Notes: generated by a model from the letters alone, not told the origin. A stretch of DNA of 64,000 nt from an uncultured virus (IMG/VR IMGVR_UViG_2061766007_000468) (IMGVR_UViG_2061766007_000468), one strand, 5' to 3'; positions 1-11,586 are shown, numbered from the stretch's first letter. Translations and numbers: made by a program.

Positions 1-115
1 GGTACCAAGAAGACCTGGACTGGGCTATACATCATGTACAGAGCTTAAAGGACATGCTGAAACGTCTGGACACCGAAATGGAAGAACAGAAGAAACAGCT
101 GATCGAGGAGAACAA

Positions 116-523
116 GTGACCCAGTTCCTCGTATCAATTTACCGCAAGGCTTTTATAGACACGTTGCCGATGGTCAAGTTCCCGTTGACACATGCGATGT
201 GCGACAAGAACGACTACGAGAACCTTGAAGGCGAGGACGTACTCGTCATGCTGCAAGTGCGATACGGAAAGCTCATGTCAGTGGCCATTTACCAAGAAAC
301 TGCAGAAGGCGAGATCCATGTGTTCTCTTTCGAGGTGACATCGGACTGCCACCTTCTCGACTACGGCACCAACGCCATGAACGAGCTCAAGAAGGGTTAT
401 AAGTTCATAACATTGAACAGCTTGCCAGAAAGCAAGATATTCTACGAGAAGCAAGGGTTCGAGCCTAACGGAGAGAACTCCTACATCTGGAGACGCAATG
501 ATACGAGACCTTACTTTCTTTAA
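116..523 (+). CDS. GNAT-family acetyltransferase-like protein
   Basis: C-terminal YGTNAMNELK...LNSLPESKIFYEKQGF resembles GNAT motifs A/B. Confidence 0.6.
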   Translation: MTQFLVSIYRKAFIDTLPMVKFPLTHAMCDKNDYENLEGEDVLVMLQVRYGKLMSVAIYQETAEGEIHVFSFEVTSDCHLLDYGTNAMNELKKGYKFITLNSLPESKIFYEKQGFEPNGENSYIWRRNDTRPYFL

Positions 524-1086
524 CACTGTCGAGGACCTGGAACAGCTCACCGGGCTGTCCAGAAACGAGCTGTGGGAACACGGCGCTAACCTCGACGACT
601 GGGATTACGGCTTCTGTTGTGCGCAGCAGCTCCACAAGGANNNNNNNNNNGATGGAACCACTTCACCGTAGACGGAAAACACTACTACACGGTACACCAC
701 TCATGACCTCTCACGATCTTGCACACAAACGCGAGGCTGACTATATGCTCACCAAACACCTTGTAACGAAAGATCTTGTCGATAAGGCGCACGAAATGTT
801 CGCAGTCATCTTCCCCGNNNNNNNNNNGACTACGACGACCCCACATACCAGCTGATGCAGAGCGCCGAGAACTACTGCGTCGGATGGAACCACTTCATCG
901 TAGACGGAAAACACTACTACACGGTACACCACTCATGACCGCACACGAACTAGCAAATATACTGTTGGATCAGCCGAACATAGAAGTCCGTTGTCTAGGA
1001 AACACCGAGGAATTCGGCGTAGAGGAAGTAGGCAACTGGAACGGAGAGTTCGTCTACATGGCAATCCACCATTGCGAGGTCGACTG

Positions 1087-1654
1087 ATGTTTACTAAGCA
1101 TTTAGTTACTAAAGAACTTGTCGATAAGGCGCACGAAATGTTCGCCGTCATCTTCCCTGACGAACACTTGTATGACGAGGACAGCGGCGTATTGAAAAGC
1201 TGCTTCAGCGAGTCTTGCTCCGACGACCACGACCCCAATGACCTATGGCATTACTATCTGTGGAGCTACAGCACTCCAGAGAATCCCATGGGTTCCTTTA
1301 TCGGCATGTCCGGCATTTATTCGGAAGCCATTGACCCAGAAAGCGCTTGGCTGGGNNNNNNNNNNCTGGCTTGGCGTATTGTCTGAATACCGTAGGGCAA
1401 GGTTCGCCACACGCATGCTCAACGCATTTGCCGAGGAATGTAGGCAGCGTGGGTTCAAGTACGCTCGTATCTATACAAACGAAGGGAACATACCGGCACG
1501 TGAGTGCTACAAGTTCAACGGATTCATGGAAGAGAAGTACAACGGCCAGACTCCAGACTATGTTCTGACCGGAGGCCCGATCTACATCTATTCGAGGTCT
1601 CTTTACCCACAGTATGAATGTCCTCCGTGGAACGACCGAAAACTAGATTTTTAG
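1087..1654 (+). CDS. GNAT-family acetyltransferase (interrupted by 10-N gap)
   Basis: WLGVLSEYRRARFATRML...YTNEGNIPARECYKFNGF; ATG at 1087 overlaps the upstream TGA. Confidence 0.75.
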
Positions 1655-1666
1655 TTTTTTAGTTAC

Positions 1667-1702
1667 ATGCCAGTTGACAAGACTGGCATTGTTTGCTATA
1701 TT
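1667..1702 (+). promoter_or_regulatory. sigma70-type promoter TTGACA-N17-TATATT inside an ATGCCAGT/ACTGGCAT inverted repeat (copies at ~1839 and ~3307)
   Basis: atgccagTTGACAagactggcattgtttgcTATATT; the hairpin plus T-tract could also act as a terminator. Confidence 0.65.
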
Positions 1703-2163
1703 TGGNNNNNNNNNNAGTACAACGGCCCTACTCCAGACTGTGTTCTGACCGGAGGCCCGATCTACATCTATTCGCGGTCGCTGTATCCGCAGTATGAATG
1801 TCCACCGTGGAACGACAGAAAATTAGATTTTTAGTTACATGCCAGTTGACAAGACTGGCATTGTTTGCTATATTTGGNNNNNNNNNNGGAAGACACCGAC
1901 TACGTGTCCAAGGCAGTCCTCGACATTTCCAACGCGGTAAACGGCGGTGCAATAGAGCTCTCCGTTGACAAGTACAGCATAGCCGAGTTCGAATCCAACT
2001 CGGAGAACTTGGGCATGTTCGCCCAAGACGGTCACGGTACAGTCGTGAAANNNNNNNNNNATATGGACGGAACAGTCCAGGCAAGATTTCGGTATGGATT
2101 ATACCAGTATGCACGACATATCGAAATCGATAACAGCTTCACGTGCGCTGGTAAAGAACAAAT

Positions 2164-3071
2164 ATGTCTACGAACACGATTACTGTTCGCGATTCATTCA
2201 TCGTGAACGCCCTACGCCATTGCGGCTACAACAACTACGCAGCCATCGCCGACATCATCGACAACTCCGTCGAACCAGATGTTGATGCAACCACAGTACA
2301 CATTCAGCTCGATACCGACGTCCCAAACAAGGGAGGCGTTATCCGAGAAATTACCATCCGCGACAACGGTTGCGGCATGGACTTCGATACCATGCAAGAG
2401 GCCATGTGCCTCGGATCCATGACCGGAAAGACTGGCGAGAACAACCTCGGCATGTACGGCACTGGCATGAAGACAGCCGCGCTCAGCATCGGCATGGTGC
2501 TCACGGTCATCTCAAAGGCTGAAGACACAGACTACGTGTCAAAGGCAGTCCTCGACATTTCCAACGCGGTCAACGGCGGTGCCATCGAACTCTCCGTTGA
2601 CAAGTACAGCATAGCCGAATTCGAATCCAAGACGGAGAACTTGGGCATGTTCGCCCAAGACGGTCACGGTACAGTCGTGAAAATCGGCAAGATCGACCGT
2701 CTAACCAATACAGACCGCAAGAATTTCGGCGGACACTTNNNNNNNNNNNNNNNNNNNNNNNNNNNNNNNNNNNNNNNNNNCTTCGTTGACGGAACCCGTG
2801 TACATTCCGTTGACCTCATGGTCAATGCCATCGGACAGAACGAGGTACTTGGCGACGGCGAGTTCACCGTCGACGGCAAGAAGTTCTCCTTCAAGGCGTA
2901 TTTCCTTCCGAAGGACGACTCTGCAGACGCTGTAGGCGAGGGCGCAGTCCGCAACATTCGCAACCAGGGTCTCTACATCTACCGCCAGAACCGTCTTATC
3001 GGACGTGGTCTAACGTTGGGTATGTGGACGCGCCATCCGGCGTTAAACGGTCTCCGCGTGGAACTCTTCAC
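2164..3071 (+). CDS. GHKL (MORC/HATPase_c-like) ATPase, 3' end lost in gap
   Basis: AIADIIDNS, IRDNGCGM and LGMYGTGMKTAALS Bergerat-fold motifs; YIYRQNRLI S5-like motif. Confidence 0.85.
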
Positions 3072-3348
3072 NNNNNNNNNNTAAGGCGCGTCTTGCCGTT
3101 GGTATCGTCGTGTTCGTGCTGGGCATCCTCTACTGCGTGTGGATGTCCAAGCGCGTTCCGTTCGGCGGTGAGGTAGTGCTGTTTTTGTCGGTCATTATGT
3201 GCATTCCGCTTGGCATATTCATTCACGACTTGTACTCGCTGTACGACATGGATGTCGCGGCGAAATACGTCATGGAACACAAGNNNNNNNNNNATGATAG
3301 AGAGAAATGCCAGTTGACAAGACTGGCATTTTTGCTATATTTAGGTAC

Positions 3349-3702
3349 ATGAATAAGTTATACATCCTCATGCATCGCGAAATGCAGTTCTCTGGAAAGG
3401 GCGACCCAGACCACTGGAGCGAAGCCGTCATCGCCCAGTCCACCGACAAGTCCTTCATCGACAAGATCGTCAAGGACAACAACCTCGCACTCGGCGACAT
3501 CAATGACATCTGGGACTTCAACCACAAGTACTTCGTCAANNNNNNNNNNTTCATCGATAAGATCGTCAAGGACAACAACCTTGCACTCGGCGACATCAAC
3601 GACATCTGGGATTTCAACCACAAGTACTTCGTCAAGGAAATGGACATTCCGTTCGTCAACGAGTACGCCTTCAACCTTTATCACCTCAAGAAGCCGCAAT
3701 AA
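3349..3702 (+). CDS. hypothetical protein (internal duplication at gap)
   Basis: ORF directly after the promoter at 3307-3342. Confidence 0.55.
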   Translation: MNKLYILMHREMQFSGKGDPDHWSEAVIAQSTDKSFIDKIVKDNNLALGDINDIWDFNHKYFVXXXXFIDKIVKDNNLALGDINDIWDFNHKYFVKEMDIPFVNEYAFNLYHLKKPQ

Positions 3703-4076
3703 TGGACATTGTATTTGCTTTCAAGGTACGCCTTATTTTTGGCATCATCGTATTCGTGCTGGGCATAATCTACTGCGTGTGGATGTCCAGGCGAGTTCCG
3801 TTTGGCGGTGAGGTAGTGCTGTTTTTGGCGCTTATTATGTGCATTCCTCTTGGCTTGTGCATTCACGAATTGTACTCTCTGTATAACATGGATGTCGCAG
3901 CTGAATACGTAAGGGAACACAAGCCAGACTGCTACGACTCGTCCGACAAGTGCATGAGCAAGCGTCTCGACTGGTATAGGGATTCCGTCCGGTACATCGT
4001 ACCGAGCGACGCTTACAAGAAGTTCCATACGGATTCACTCAAGCAAGAATTACTCAAATATGAAGGACACAAATGA
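3702..4076 (+). CDS. hypothetical membrane protein (variant copy at ~3083-3283)
   Basis: two hydrophobic N-terminal helices. Confidence 0.6.
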   Translation: MDIVFAFKVRLIFGIIVFVLGIIYCVWMSRRVPFGGEVVLFLALIMCIPLGLCIHELYSLYNMDVAAEYVREHKPDCYDSSDKCMSKRLDWYRDSVRYIVPSDAYKKFHTDSLKQELLKYEGHK

Positions 4077-4666
4077 ACTACCTCAAGCAGCAGACCATCG
4101 ACGAGTTCAAGATGCTCCAGGAATGGCACAAAGAGGACAAGCCAAATGCCCCTAGCCGTTACAAGCAGCTTGCTGACGCCGCATACAATGCGAAACTCAG
4201 CAAGACACACGTGTTGCTCAATACGATGTATTCAACGGAAGAAGACCGCTTGCTGGACGTCTTCTATCAAGGCATCCTTTGCCAGAAGTCGTTCGGTACT
4301 GAGAAAGTTCCCAAATGCGGATATTTACCATTCTCGTCACCGTATGCCATACCGGCGTTTTACTACGAAGGTTACTTGCTGTTCACTCTGCATATCGGCT
4401 GCGGTTCCAGCATGAGTTGCGAGTACACGAAGCATGTGCCCACGGATGTCACCATCTACACTTATGACAAGCTGGTAACGCTCATTGACCATAAGTACAA
4501 GGTGTACAAGAAGCGAACCAACAAAATCTATAAGGAAGTCNNNNNNNNNNTATAAGTACAAGGTGTACAAGAAGCGAACCAACAAAATTTATAAGGAAGT
4601 CGTGGAAGCCGAAAAGACAAAGGAAGAGCTGACAAAGACCTTGTCCGCAGTCGATACTGCGAACAC
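4073..4666 (+). CDS. hypothetical protein (gapped)
   Basis: ORF with overlapping start/stop and phage-like codon usage. Confidence 0.55.
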
Positions 4667-5791
4667 NNNNNNNNNNCATCATCAAAGAGGATGAATTGGC
4701 AACGTGCCGAAAGCGGTCAACGCAAGATGCCGACTTGTATGCCGAAAGATGTGGTACTAAAATCCGCAATCTCAGATATGTACAGTATTTTGCTGGGTGT
4801 GTCAAGACTGCATGGAGAAAATACCTTGTTAGCCTTCTTGCTAGTCCGGACTGGTATACAAAAGTAACGCTTCAGTTAACCGAGGACAACCGTCTGACAC
4901 TCATCGACTTGCCAACCGAAGAACTGCAGAACATTTACCATACATGCGACAAACGAATCAACAAGCTGTTGAACCTAACTGATATGATGGAAGANNNNNN
5001 NNNNTCTGATGTCCATTTTTGGTTTGAAGCTGGACGAAGCTTCCGAACAGAAGGTTGCCGAATGGCGACGTGAACTTGAATTAGCTAATAAGACACTAAG
5101 ATGATGTATCAGCTGCACCATACTTGCGACAAACGAATCAACAAGCTGTTGAACCTAACTGATATGATGGAAGANNNNNNNNNNGCTGATGTCCATTTTT
5201 GGCTTGAAGCTGGACGAAGCTTCCGAACAGAAGGTTGCCGAATGGCGACATGAACTTGAATTAGCTAAGAAGGTACTAAGATGAGCATTGTATTTGTACT
5301 TATCATGGTAGTATACCAGGGCGGAATCAACGCCGACTTGACATTCCCCACGCTTCAGCAGTGTGAGACGGTTGCGGCTACAGCAAAGCAGAACGGAGTC
5401 TTGCANNNNNNNNNNAAAAAGCTGAACTGCAAGATCGAGAACAGCACGGACTACAAAAATCCATTTCACTCGTCCAGTAAGTCGCACAACATGGACGGCT
5501 ATCCGTATCCGGTTGGCTTCAGCTGCGTAGAGGAATAGTATGCCAGTAGGATTTTCCATCATTGACGACATATATGGCCATGTTGACAAGATGACCATCA
5601 ACAACATGAGCGAGAAGGAACTTCTCGACCGTGCAGAATGGATTGCCCAAGACATGGAACACCGTAAAATCATTAACGCGGATGAATTGGCAACGTGTCG
5701 AAAGCGGTCAACGCAAGATGCCGACTTGTATGCCGAAAGATGGGGTACAAAAATCCACAATCTCAGATATGTACAGTATNNNNNNNNNNCC

Positions 5792-6620
5792 ATGAAGAAG
5801 ACTCCGACCAGTAAGCACCACAAGAGACGCCGTAACAAGCGCATATTCATTACACTCGAAACAATCATCCTTGTCGCCCTAGTGTGCCTCGTATGTTTCT
5901 TCGCAGGAGAGGCGTCTACGAAGTTCGACGCAATCGAGAGCCACTTGGCCGACAGNNNNNNNNNNCGGAGAGGCGTCTACGAAGTTCGACGCAATCGAGA
6001 GCCACTTGGCCGACAGCAAGACGTACACCGACTCGATGGTGGCACGTCTTGACAGTCTGGACAGCCATGTGTCGGCTCTCCACGAGATCACCGAGACGAA
6101 CCGTTCTCGTTCCAAGCAGATCGCCATCGGTGCCAACATCATCCGTCATTCTAGGAAGGATATCGACCTCAAGTACGCCGCACGACTTGCCAGCATACTT
6201 TACGAGGAATCAGAGTTCAACTCGTCGGTAGAGTACGCCTTCTTGCTGGCGATGGTAGAATCCGAATCCAAGTTCAACAAGGACATCGTCTCCCCGGCTG
6301 GTGCGGTCGGTTTAGGACAGCTCATGCCAAAGACAGCCGAAGCCATGGCAAGGCATGCCGGTATGAAGTACGACGTCAAGCTGCTGACCGAGCCACGCTA
6401 CAACATCAAGCTTTCCGTACAGTATCTATCGAAGCTGTACAAGCAGTTCCAGAACAACGTGCTGGTCGCTGCCGCATACAACGGCGGCCCCGGCGGTGCC
6501 CTCAAGTACCAGCAGTGGATCGAGGGCGAGCTGGAGAAGGAAGCCGTACACCCAGAGACTGTAGCCTACGTGGAGAACGTCATGCAACGCTATTATACTT
6601 ATCGAGGAATGCTTCAATGA
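5792..6620 (+). CDS. membrane-anchored lytic transglycosylase (SLT domain)
   Basis: AMVESESKFN, GAVGLGQLMPKTA, AAAYNGGPG and ETVAYVENV SLT motifs; N-terminal TM helix and coiled coil; gap at ~5956. Confidence 0.9.
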
Positions 6621-6921
6621 AAGTCTGGAGAATCAAGAAAGTCAAGCAGCCTAACGGCGATATCTGGTTCATTCCGCAGTACAGAAAGTGGTTGTTCTTC
6701 TGGCACAGCATAACGGCCATAGAACACATGCAGCACGTGTACCTTCCGTTCAGCGCAGAAGCATGCGAGTGCGAGTACCACTATGCTCTCACGGAAGCCT
6801 TCCATGGCTACACCTACTTCCTTACCGAGGCAGATGCCATGAGGACTGCGCAAATCTATGACAGAGGCAAGGTTGGTGTTGTCGAGTTACACGATAACGN
6901 NNNNNNNNNAAGGAACAAAAA

Positions 6922-7380
6922 ATGAGCAAGACACTTGAAGAACTGGAAGCTGACTACGACAAGGCGCGAGAAGCCTACTTCAATGCCAAGGAAGAAGCCG
7001 CCATGCAGAAGTATAGCGGCCTTGTCGGCAAATGGGTAGAAGTCAGCAACATTCCGTGGGATCTGGACGAAGAGAAGGACGAGCGAATGTATCAGAACTA
7101 CAAAAACGATGACAACCCGTCCTACATGCTTATCGAGAAGGTTGTACATGTGACGCCGATGTCGTCTGATGTGGACTGCGTACACATCACGCCGTCTCGC
7201 TGCGCCGAGGTTCTTAGTACGGATTCAAGCGGATTCTTGTGGAAGACATACAAGTGCCAAGAAAACTTCTACACCAACCGCTACAAGGTTGTCGACGCGA
7301 ATTACGTGGCCGAAGCGCTCAAGAAGGTCACGCTCAGGCAAATCGAAGCTACGAACAAGATCATCAAGGAAATCTTATAA
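6922..7380 (+). CDS. hypothetical protein
   Basis: AAGGA RBS, 152 aa ORF. Confidence 0.6.
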   Translation: MSKTLEELEADYDKAREAYFNAKEEAAMQKYSGLVGKWVEVSNIPWDLDEEKDERMYQNYKNDDNPSYMLIEKVVHVTPMSSDVDCVHITPSRCAEVLSTDSSGFLWKTYKCQENFYTNRYKVVDANYVAEALKKVTLRQIEATNKIIKEIL

Positions 7381-7491
7381 ACTTATGCTAAACCATAATG
7401 ATTAGTCGTGTTCTCATTAGGTTAAAGGAACCATTCTATAATGGCTCTTTTAGGGTTGAACACGACAATAAACCTTAATTGAGCCATTTCT

Positions 7492-8616
7492 ATGAATTTA
7501 ACTTATATATGTAAAGACTGCGGCGCAGATTTTCAAAGTACAAAAGGTCTGAGCTTTCATATTGCGACGAAACACAATCCTAAAGAATATTATGATAAAT
7601 TCTTAAAGAAGCCAACCGAAGGTATTTGCCGGGTATGCGGCAAGCCTACTCGATTTCGTAAGTTGTCCGCTGGATATGATAAATGTTGTTCAAAAGATTG
7701 CTTCCATAAATTAGATAGGAACTCATATAAGCATGCGGAGGATCCAATTCTAGTACAGTGGCAACGTGATATTGAAACTGTACAGCACGACTATCATCGT
7801 GCGCAGCTAGTACAATATCACTGTAAATTGTGTAATGCGGTAGTGATATCACAGATTCGTTATATTACTGGATTGGTGTGCATTAAGTGTAAGCGAAGAT
7901 GGGGCAACCTAAGAGCATTTGGTGACGAAAATCCTTTTCAGAATGTTGCAATTAAAGAACAAATATGCCGAACTAACGCGCGAAAATATGGTCATAAATA
8001 TTATTCGCAGACGGCTGCATTTGCTGAACAGTATGCGGCAACATGCTTGTCAAAATTTGGCGCATCACATTGGCTGTCGACATCGGCTCATCGCGAAAAG
8101 GTTCAAAAGACAAATTTACTACGTTATGGTGCTGCGTTTCAGACCCAGCGAGTGGACTTCCAACGAATATATACCGAAGCTTGCTTGGATAAATATGGGG
8201 TGCGTCACGCTTCACAAGTGCCGGATATTCGGCGCAAACAAGCTCATTGTAAATTCCATGCGCCGAATGGCAGAATCTATGACTCGTCGTGGGAGTACTT
8301 ATATGAACAATATCTCATTAGTTCTGGTGTACCATATATTTATCAATCTGACATAACATTCACATGGCTTGACGTCGACGGCGTTGAACATACGTATATT
8401 CCAGACTTCCACTTACTAGACGGCACTAACCGCCTCATAGAAATTAAAGGTGACCATTTCTTTAACGATCGCGGAGAATATTTTAATCCATACGATTTGA
8501 CGCCAAATGGATATAAAAATGCTAAATTAAAATATGACTGCATGATAAACGCTGGCGTACAAATATACACCTCTACAAACTTGATTCATCTTGGTATTCA
8601 CATAACGGGAGTATAA
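7492..8616 (+). CDS. Zn-finger plus PD-(D/E)XK endonuclease, probable free-standing homing endonuclease
   Basis: C2H2 finger (CKDC...HIATKH), CxxC pairs, KYG/RYG repeats, C-terminal YDSSWE...YIPDF...IEIKG; AT-richer than flanks. Confidence 0.75.
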   Translation: MNLTYICKDCGADFQSTKGLSFHIATKHNPKEYYDKFLKKPTEGICRVCGKPTRFRKLSAGYDKCCSKDCFHKLDRNSYKHAEDPILVQWQRDIETVQHDYHRAQLVQYHCKLCNAVVISQIRYITGLVCIKCKRRWGNLRAFGDENPFQNVAIKEQICRTNARKYGHKYYSQTAAFAEQYAATCLSKFGASHWLSTSAHREKVQKTNLLRYGAAFQTQRVDFQRIYTEACLDKYGVRHASQVPDIRRKQAHCKFHAPNGRIYDSSWEYLYEQYLISSGVPYIYQSDITFTWLDVDGVEHTYIPDFHLLDGTNRLIEIKGDHFFNDRGEYFNPYDLTPNGYKNAKLKYDCMINAGVQIYTSTNLIHLGIHITGV

Positions 8617-8617
8617 A

Positions 8618-9535
8618 ATGAAAGCATTACTTTTAAGTGACATTCATGTAGATTTACACGAAGAATACGCGAATAACCGTAAGCGATATTCTGACCCAAC
8701 CGCCGATATTGTAGAGAACACGATGTCATATCTATGGAATTTTTACAAAATTCCGGACACCGAAGCGATCATATTAGCTGGTGATTTTTCTAATGATTTT
8801 GGCCGTTTCACTCATATAATTCCGTGGCTCAGTCGAAAGTATGAAAAGGTGTACTTGGTTCTTGGTAATCATGATTTGACTTGCCGAGGCGCTACAGATT
8901 CTAAATCTAACTTGCAATTCACTTGCACCGAAAATAAAATAGCTCACATGAAAGAATGCTGCCGACAGTTTGACAACATTTATTTTATGGATGAAGAAAA
9001 TGTACGAGTTATTTTAAAAGATCGAATCGGCGGATGCACTGGGTTTTGCGATTTTAAGTGTGAACCACCTACTTATGGACTAGACCCCTATACCAAGTGG
9101 CGTCGTCAATGGTATGATGGCAAGTACATGCGGTATTTCAACCAAGAGCCGCAGCGCATCTGGAATCACTATGATGAAGCATTATCCAAAATTATTGCTC
9201 TAAATCCTAGAATTGTGGTAACTCATTTCGTACCGTACCAGCTTGGCGTGTCATTCGACTTCCGCAACGATCCGTGGAACTACGTCTTCTACTTCGACGC
9301 TGAAAAGTATCTCGAAGAGATGCCGGACGATTCCTACTGGTTCTGCGGTCACGTACATGGCCGTAGGAAGGCCGAATACGTCAACTCCAAGGGAAACCGC
9401 ATCCACATCTGGTGCAATCCCCTTGGCTATCCCGGCGAACGCTCTAGGTACATCGAACTGCTTGACTACACTGGAGAAAAGCTGGAACGCGGATCCGTTG
9501 ACGGCAGCGACAACGACTTCATCATCGATCTTTAA
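8618..9535 (+). CDS. calcineurin-like metallophosphoesterase
   Basis: SDIH, AGD, GNHD, THFVP and GHVH motifs. Confidence 0.9.
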   Translation: MKALLLSDIHVDLHEEYANNRKRYSDPTADIVENTMSYLWNFYKIPDTEAIILAGDFSNDFGRFTHIIPWLSRKYEKVYLVLGNHDLTCRGATDSKSNLQFTCTENKIAHMKECCRQFDNIYFMDEENVRVILKDRIGGCTGFCDFKCEPPTYGLDPYTKWRRQWYDGKYMRYFNQEPQRIWNHYDEALSKIIALNPRIVVTHFVPYQLGVSFDFRNDPWNYVFYFDAEKYLEEMPDDSYWFCGHVHGRRKAEYVNSKGNRIHIWCNPLGYPGERSRYIELLDYTGEKLERGSVDGSDNDFIIDL

Positions 9536-9543
9536 GAGGTTGT

Positions 9544-9765
9544 ATGGCATCCAATAACTATATCGACGATCAGCTGCGTCGAGCGAAGATCGCTTATCTG
9601 GCGGCAAACCCAGGCGTATCCGATGTCGATGTCGTTCTCGACCATTTCGAGTTCGACCGAGGCAGCATACACATATATGCACGGATCGTGCCGAAGGTGA
9701 AATCTTCTAACTTTAGCTTGAAGGTGACTATCGACAATGATAAGGTGGATTCGGAAATTGGCTAG
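9544..9765 (+). CDS. hypothetical protein
   Basis: GAGG RBS, 73 aa ORF. Confidence 0.5.
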   Translation: MASNNYIDDQLRRAKIAYLAANPGVSDVDVVLDHFEFDRGSIHIYARIVPKVKSSNFSLKVTIDNDKVDSEIG

Positions 9766-9909
9766 GCGCATGAAGCGAAGCTGGCTATGCTTCAACGAGC
9801 GAGAAGACCGAAAAGAACGGTCTGGGCAACATTTCTACGGCCCCGGCGGAACTGTCATTTGACACATACACCTATTTTTGCTATATTGCAAATAACACAA
9901 GGAGGACGT

Positions 9910-10146
9910 ATGAAAAAACTGACGATTGAACGACCGATGACATACAATGAATTGCAGACGGCGCTTGCCAAGGCGGAAAGCACGATTTCCAGCTTGCGTG
10001 GTGAACTGAAGAAGTATAAGGACAAGTTCCATGACGCCAACAAGAAGCTTGTCAAGATGCGCAGCGAAGCGAACAAAAACTATACGAAAGTTTCCACGTT
10101 GGAATACGAGCTGTCCAAGTACAAAACCAATGCTAAGCAAGTCTAG
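9910..10146 (+). CDS. small coiled-coil protein behind a TTGACA...TATATT promoter (~9859-9888)
   Basis: AGGAGG RBS; heptad-like sequence. Confidence 0.6.
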   Translation: MKKLTIERPMTYNELQTALAKAESTISSLRGELKKYKDKFHDANKKLVKMRSEANKNYTKVSTLEYELSKYKTNAKQV

Positions 10147-10153
10147 GGATCCC

Positions 10154-10648
10154 ATGAGAAAGTTCTATCTTATTTCGCTTAACAAGCCGGAAGACAACCG
10201 ACTGGAAAGGTTCATCAAGGATACCTTCGAGGATTGGATGCACTACATGGAGTGCAACTGGGTCGTCGTGTCCGACAAGAGCGTAAAGGAAATAACAGAC
10301 AGTCTGGTGCCATGGGTACGCAATTCCGACGAGTCGCACCAGCTCATGCTCGTTACCGAACTCGACCCAGCCAATGTCAACGGTTGGCTTCCTCAAGGCG
10401 CTTGGGACTGGATCATAAAGACCCAGCGTGAGATTACGTACAAGTCGATGGAGAATCCGTCGCTCATCGACATGTTCAACTGCGGCATCTTCTCGCCAGA
10501 ACTTGACCGCGCTCGGTGCATAAAGGACATCGACGGAATTCTTGCTCCGTACGAGACCAGCGCATCTAGGTTCGCTCTGGAGAACGTGAGAAACCGCATG
10601 ATCGACGTGCTGACACAAAGGATAAAGGCGTCCAATGAAGCTCGATGA
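10154..10648 (+). CDS. hypothetical protein; N-terminus resembles small ferredoxin-fold (VapD/Cas2-like) proteins
   Basis: FYLISL...WMHYMECNWVV...GWLPQGAWDWI pattern; catalytic Asp not evident. Confidence 0.35.
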   Translation: MRKFYLISLNKPEDNRLERFIKDTFEDWMHYMECNWVVVSDKSVKEITDSLVPWVRNSDESHQLMLVTELDPANVNGWLPQGAWDWIIKTQREITYKSMENPSLIDMFNCGIFSPELDRARCIKDIDGILAPYETSASRFALENVRNRMIDVLTQRIKASNEAR

Positions 10649-10780
10649 TTACACTGATGTTGCCATAGTGGCCAGCATTATCGCCCTCGTGGTATTGCTG
10701 GTCAAGTTTGTGTAGGAGATAGCACAAACGAAGAAAGCCACCTAGTTCTTCTAGGTGGCTATTCTTATTGATGGATTGAA

Positions 10781-11518
10781 TTACTTCTCGGCACCGACCC
10801 AGTCGAGATACTTGTCGTCGTGCAGAACGTAGCCAGCGGGGCCGCAATCCTTGTCTGGGCCATACTTACCAGCCATGGAGAGTGAGCACTTCTCGATATC
10901 GTCGTCGGTCACGTCGCCAGTCATGAGGACGCCTGGGCCTACGCGGTTGCCTGGGTTCTCGGCGGTTGCGTTATCGAATGTCTGGCCGTCCGGCATCTTG
11001 TACACGTCGCCAGTGATGGTGGAGTAATACTTCGTGCCGTCTGGGGAGACGTACCATCCGGCTTGCACGTACGGCTGCTTGTCGAGGTCGCTCACGGCGA
11101 TTCCGTTGAACGACGGTACGCCGCTGTCGGTCTTCTTGAAGAGTTCCGGCTTCTGATCGGCGCTTACGAACTTGTAGCCCTTGTTCTTGAGCGCCAGACC
11201 GTCATAGGAACGGTTCTTTACGGTCGCCACGGTGTTCTCGTCCTTGACGTACTGATTGGCGTCGTCCTTCATCTGCTGCACCGTCTGCTTGCCAGCGTCG
11301 ATCGCGCCGTTGATCCTGTCGGCATTGGCTACGCCAGTTCCAAGGCCAGTCAAGTACGATCCGGCGGCAATTCCGCCGATGGCGGCTGCCTTGCCGAACT
11401 TGCTTTCCATCTGGGCCTTCTGTTCGCAAGTGCGGTAGAGTAGTTCAACTGCTTCCAAGAGGTTCTTGTTCTTGTCGTTCATGCTCTCGTGCAGCTTGTC
11501 GATGAATAGTTGATTCAT
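10781..11518 (-). CDS. hypothetical, possibly late/virion protein
   Basis: preceded by TATAAACT; LHES/MES motifs and a Gly/Ala-rich hydrophobic segment. Confidence 0.5.
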   Translation of the reverse strand: MNQLFIDKLHESMNDKNKNLLEAVELLYRTCEQKAQMESKFGKAAAIGGIAAGSYLTGLGTGVANADRINGAIDAGKQTVQQMKDDANQYVKDENTVATVKNRSYDGLALKNKGYKFVSADQKPELFKKTDSGVPSFNGIAVSDLDKQPYVQAGWYVSPDGTKYYSTITGDVYKMPDGQTFDNATAENPGNRVGPGVLMTGDVTDDDIEKCSLSMAGKYGPDKDCGPAGYVLHDDKYLDWVGAEK

Positions 11519-11586
11519 GGTCAAATCCCTTATACGATATACGCAGTTTATAACTTCGCTAAACTGGTATTCAAAATGGGTGTCTG

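Noticed and set aside
640..6020. Many short near-identical direct repeats (also ~53520-53890, 55900-56100, 57530-57890, 60015-60980)
   Set aside because: Each pair flanks a 10-N gap and differs by scattered SNPs; best explained as strain variants joined by scaffolding, not tandem duplications or DGR TR/VR pairs (no reverse transcriptase seen, differences not adenine-specific)
10154..10648. Possible orphan Cas2 serving the CRISPR array
   Set aside because: Only a loose fold-level resemblance, no catalytic YD motif, 17 kb from the cas locus and no cas1
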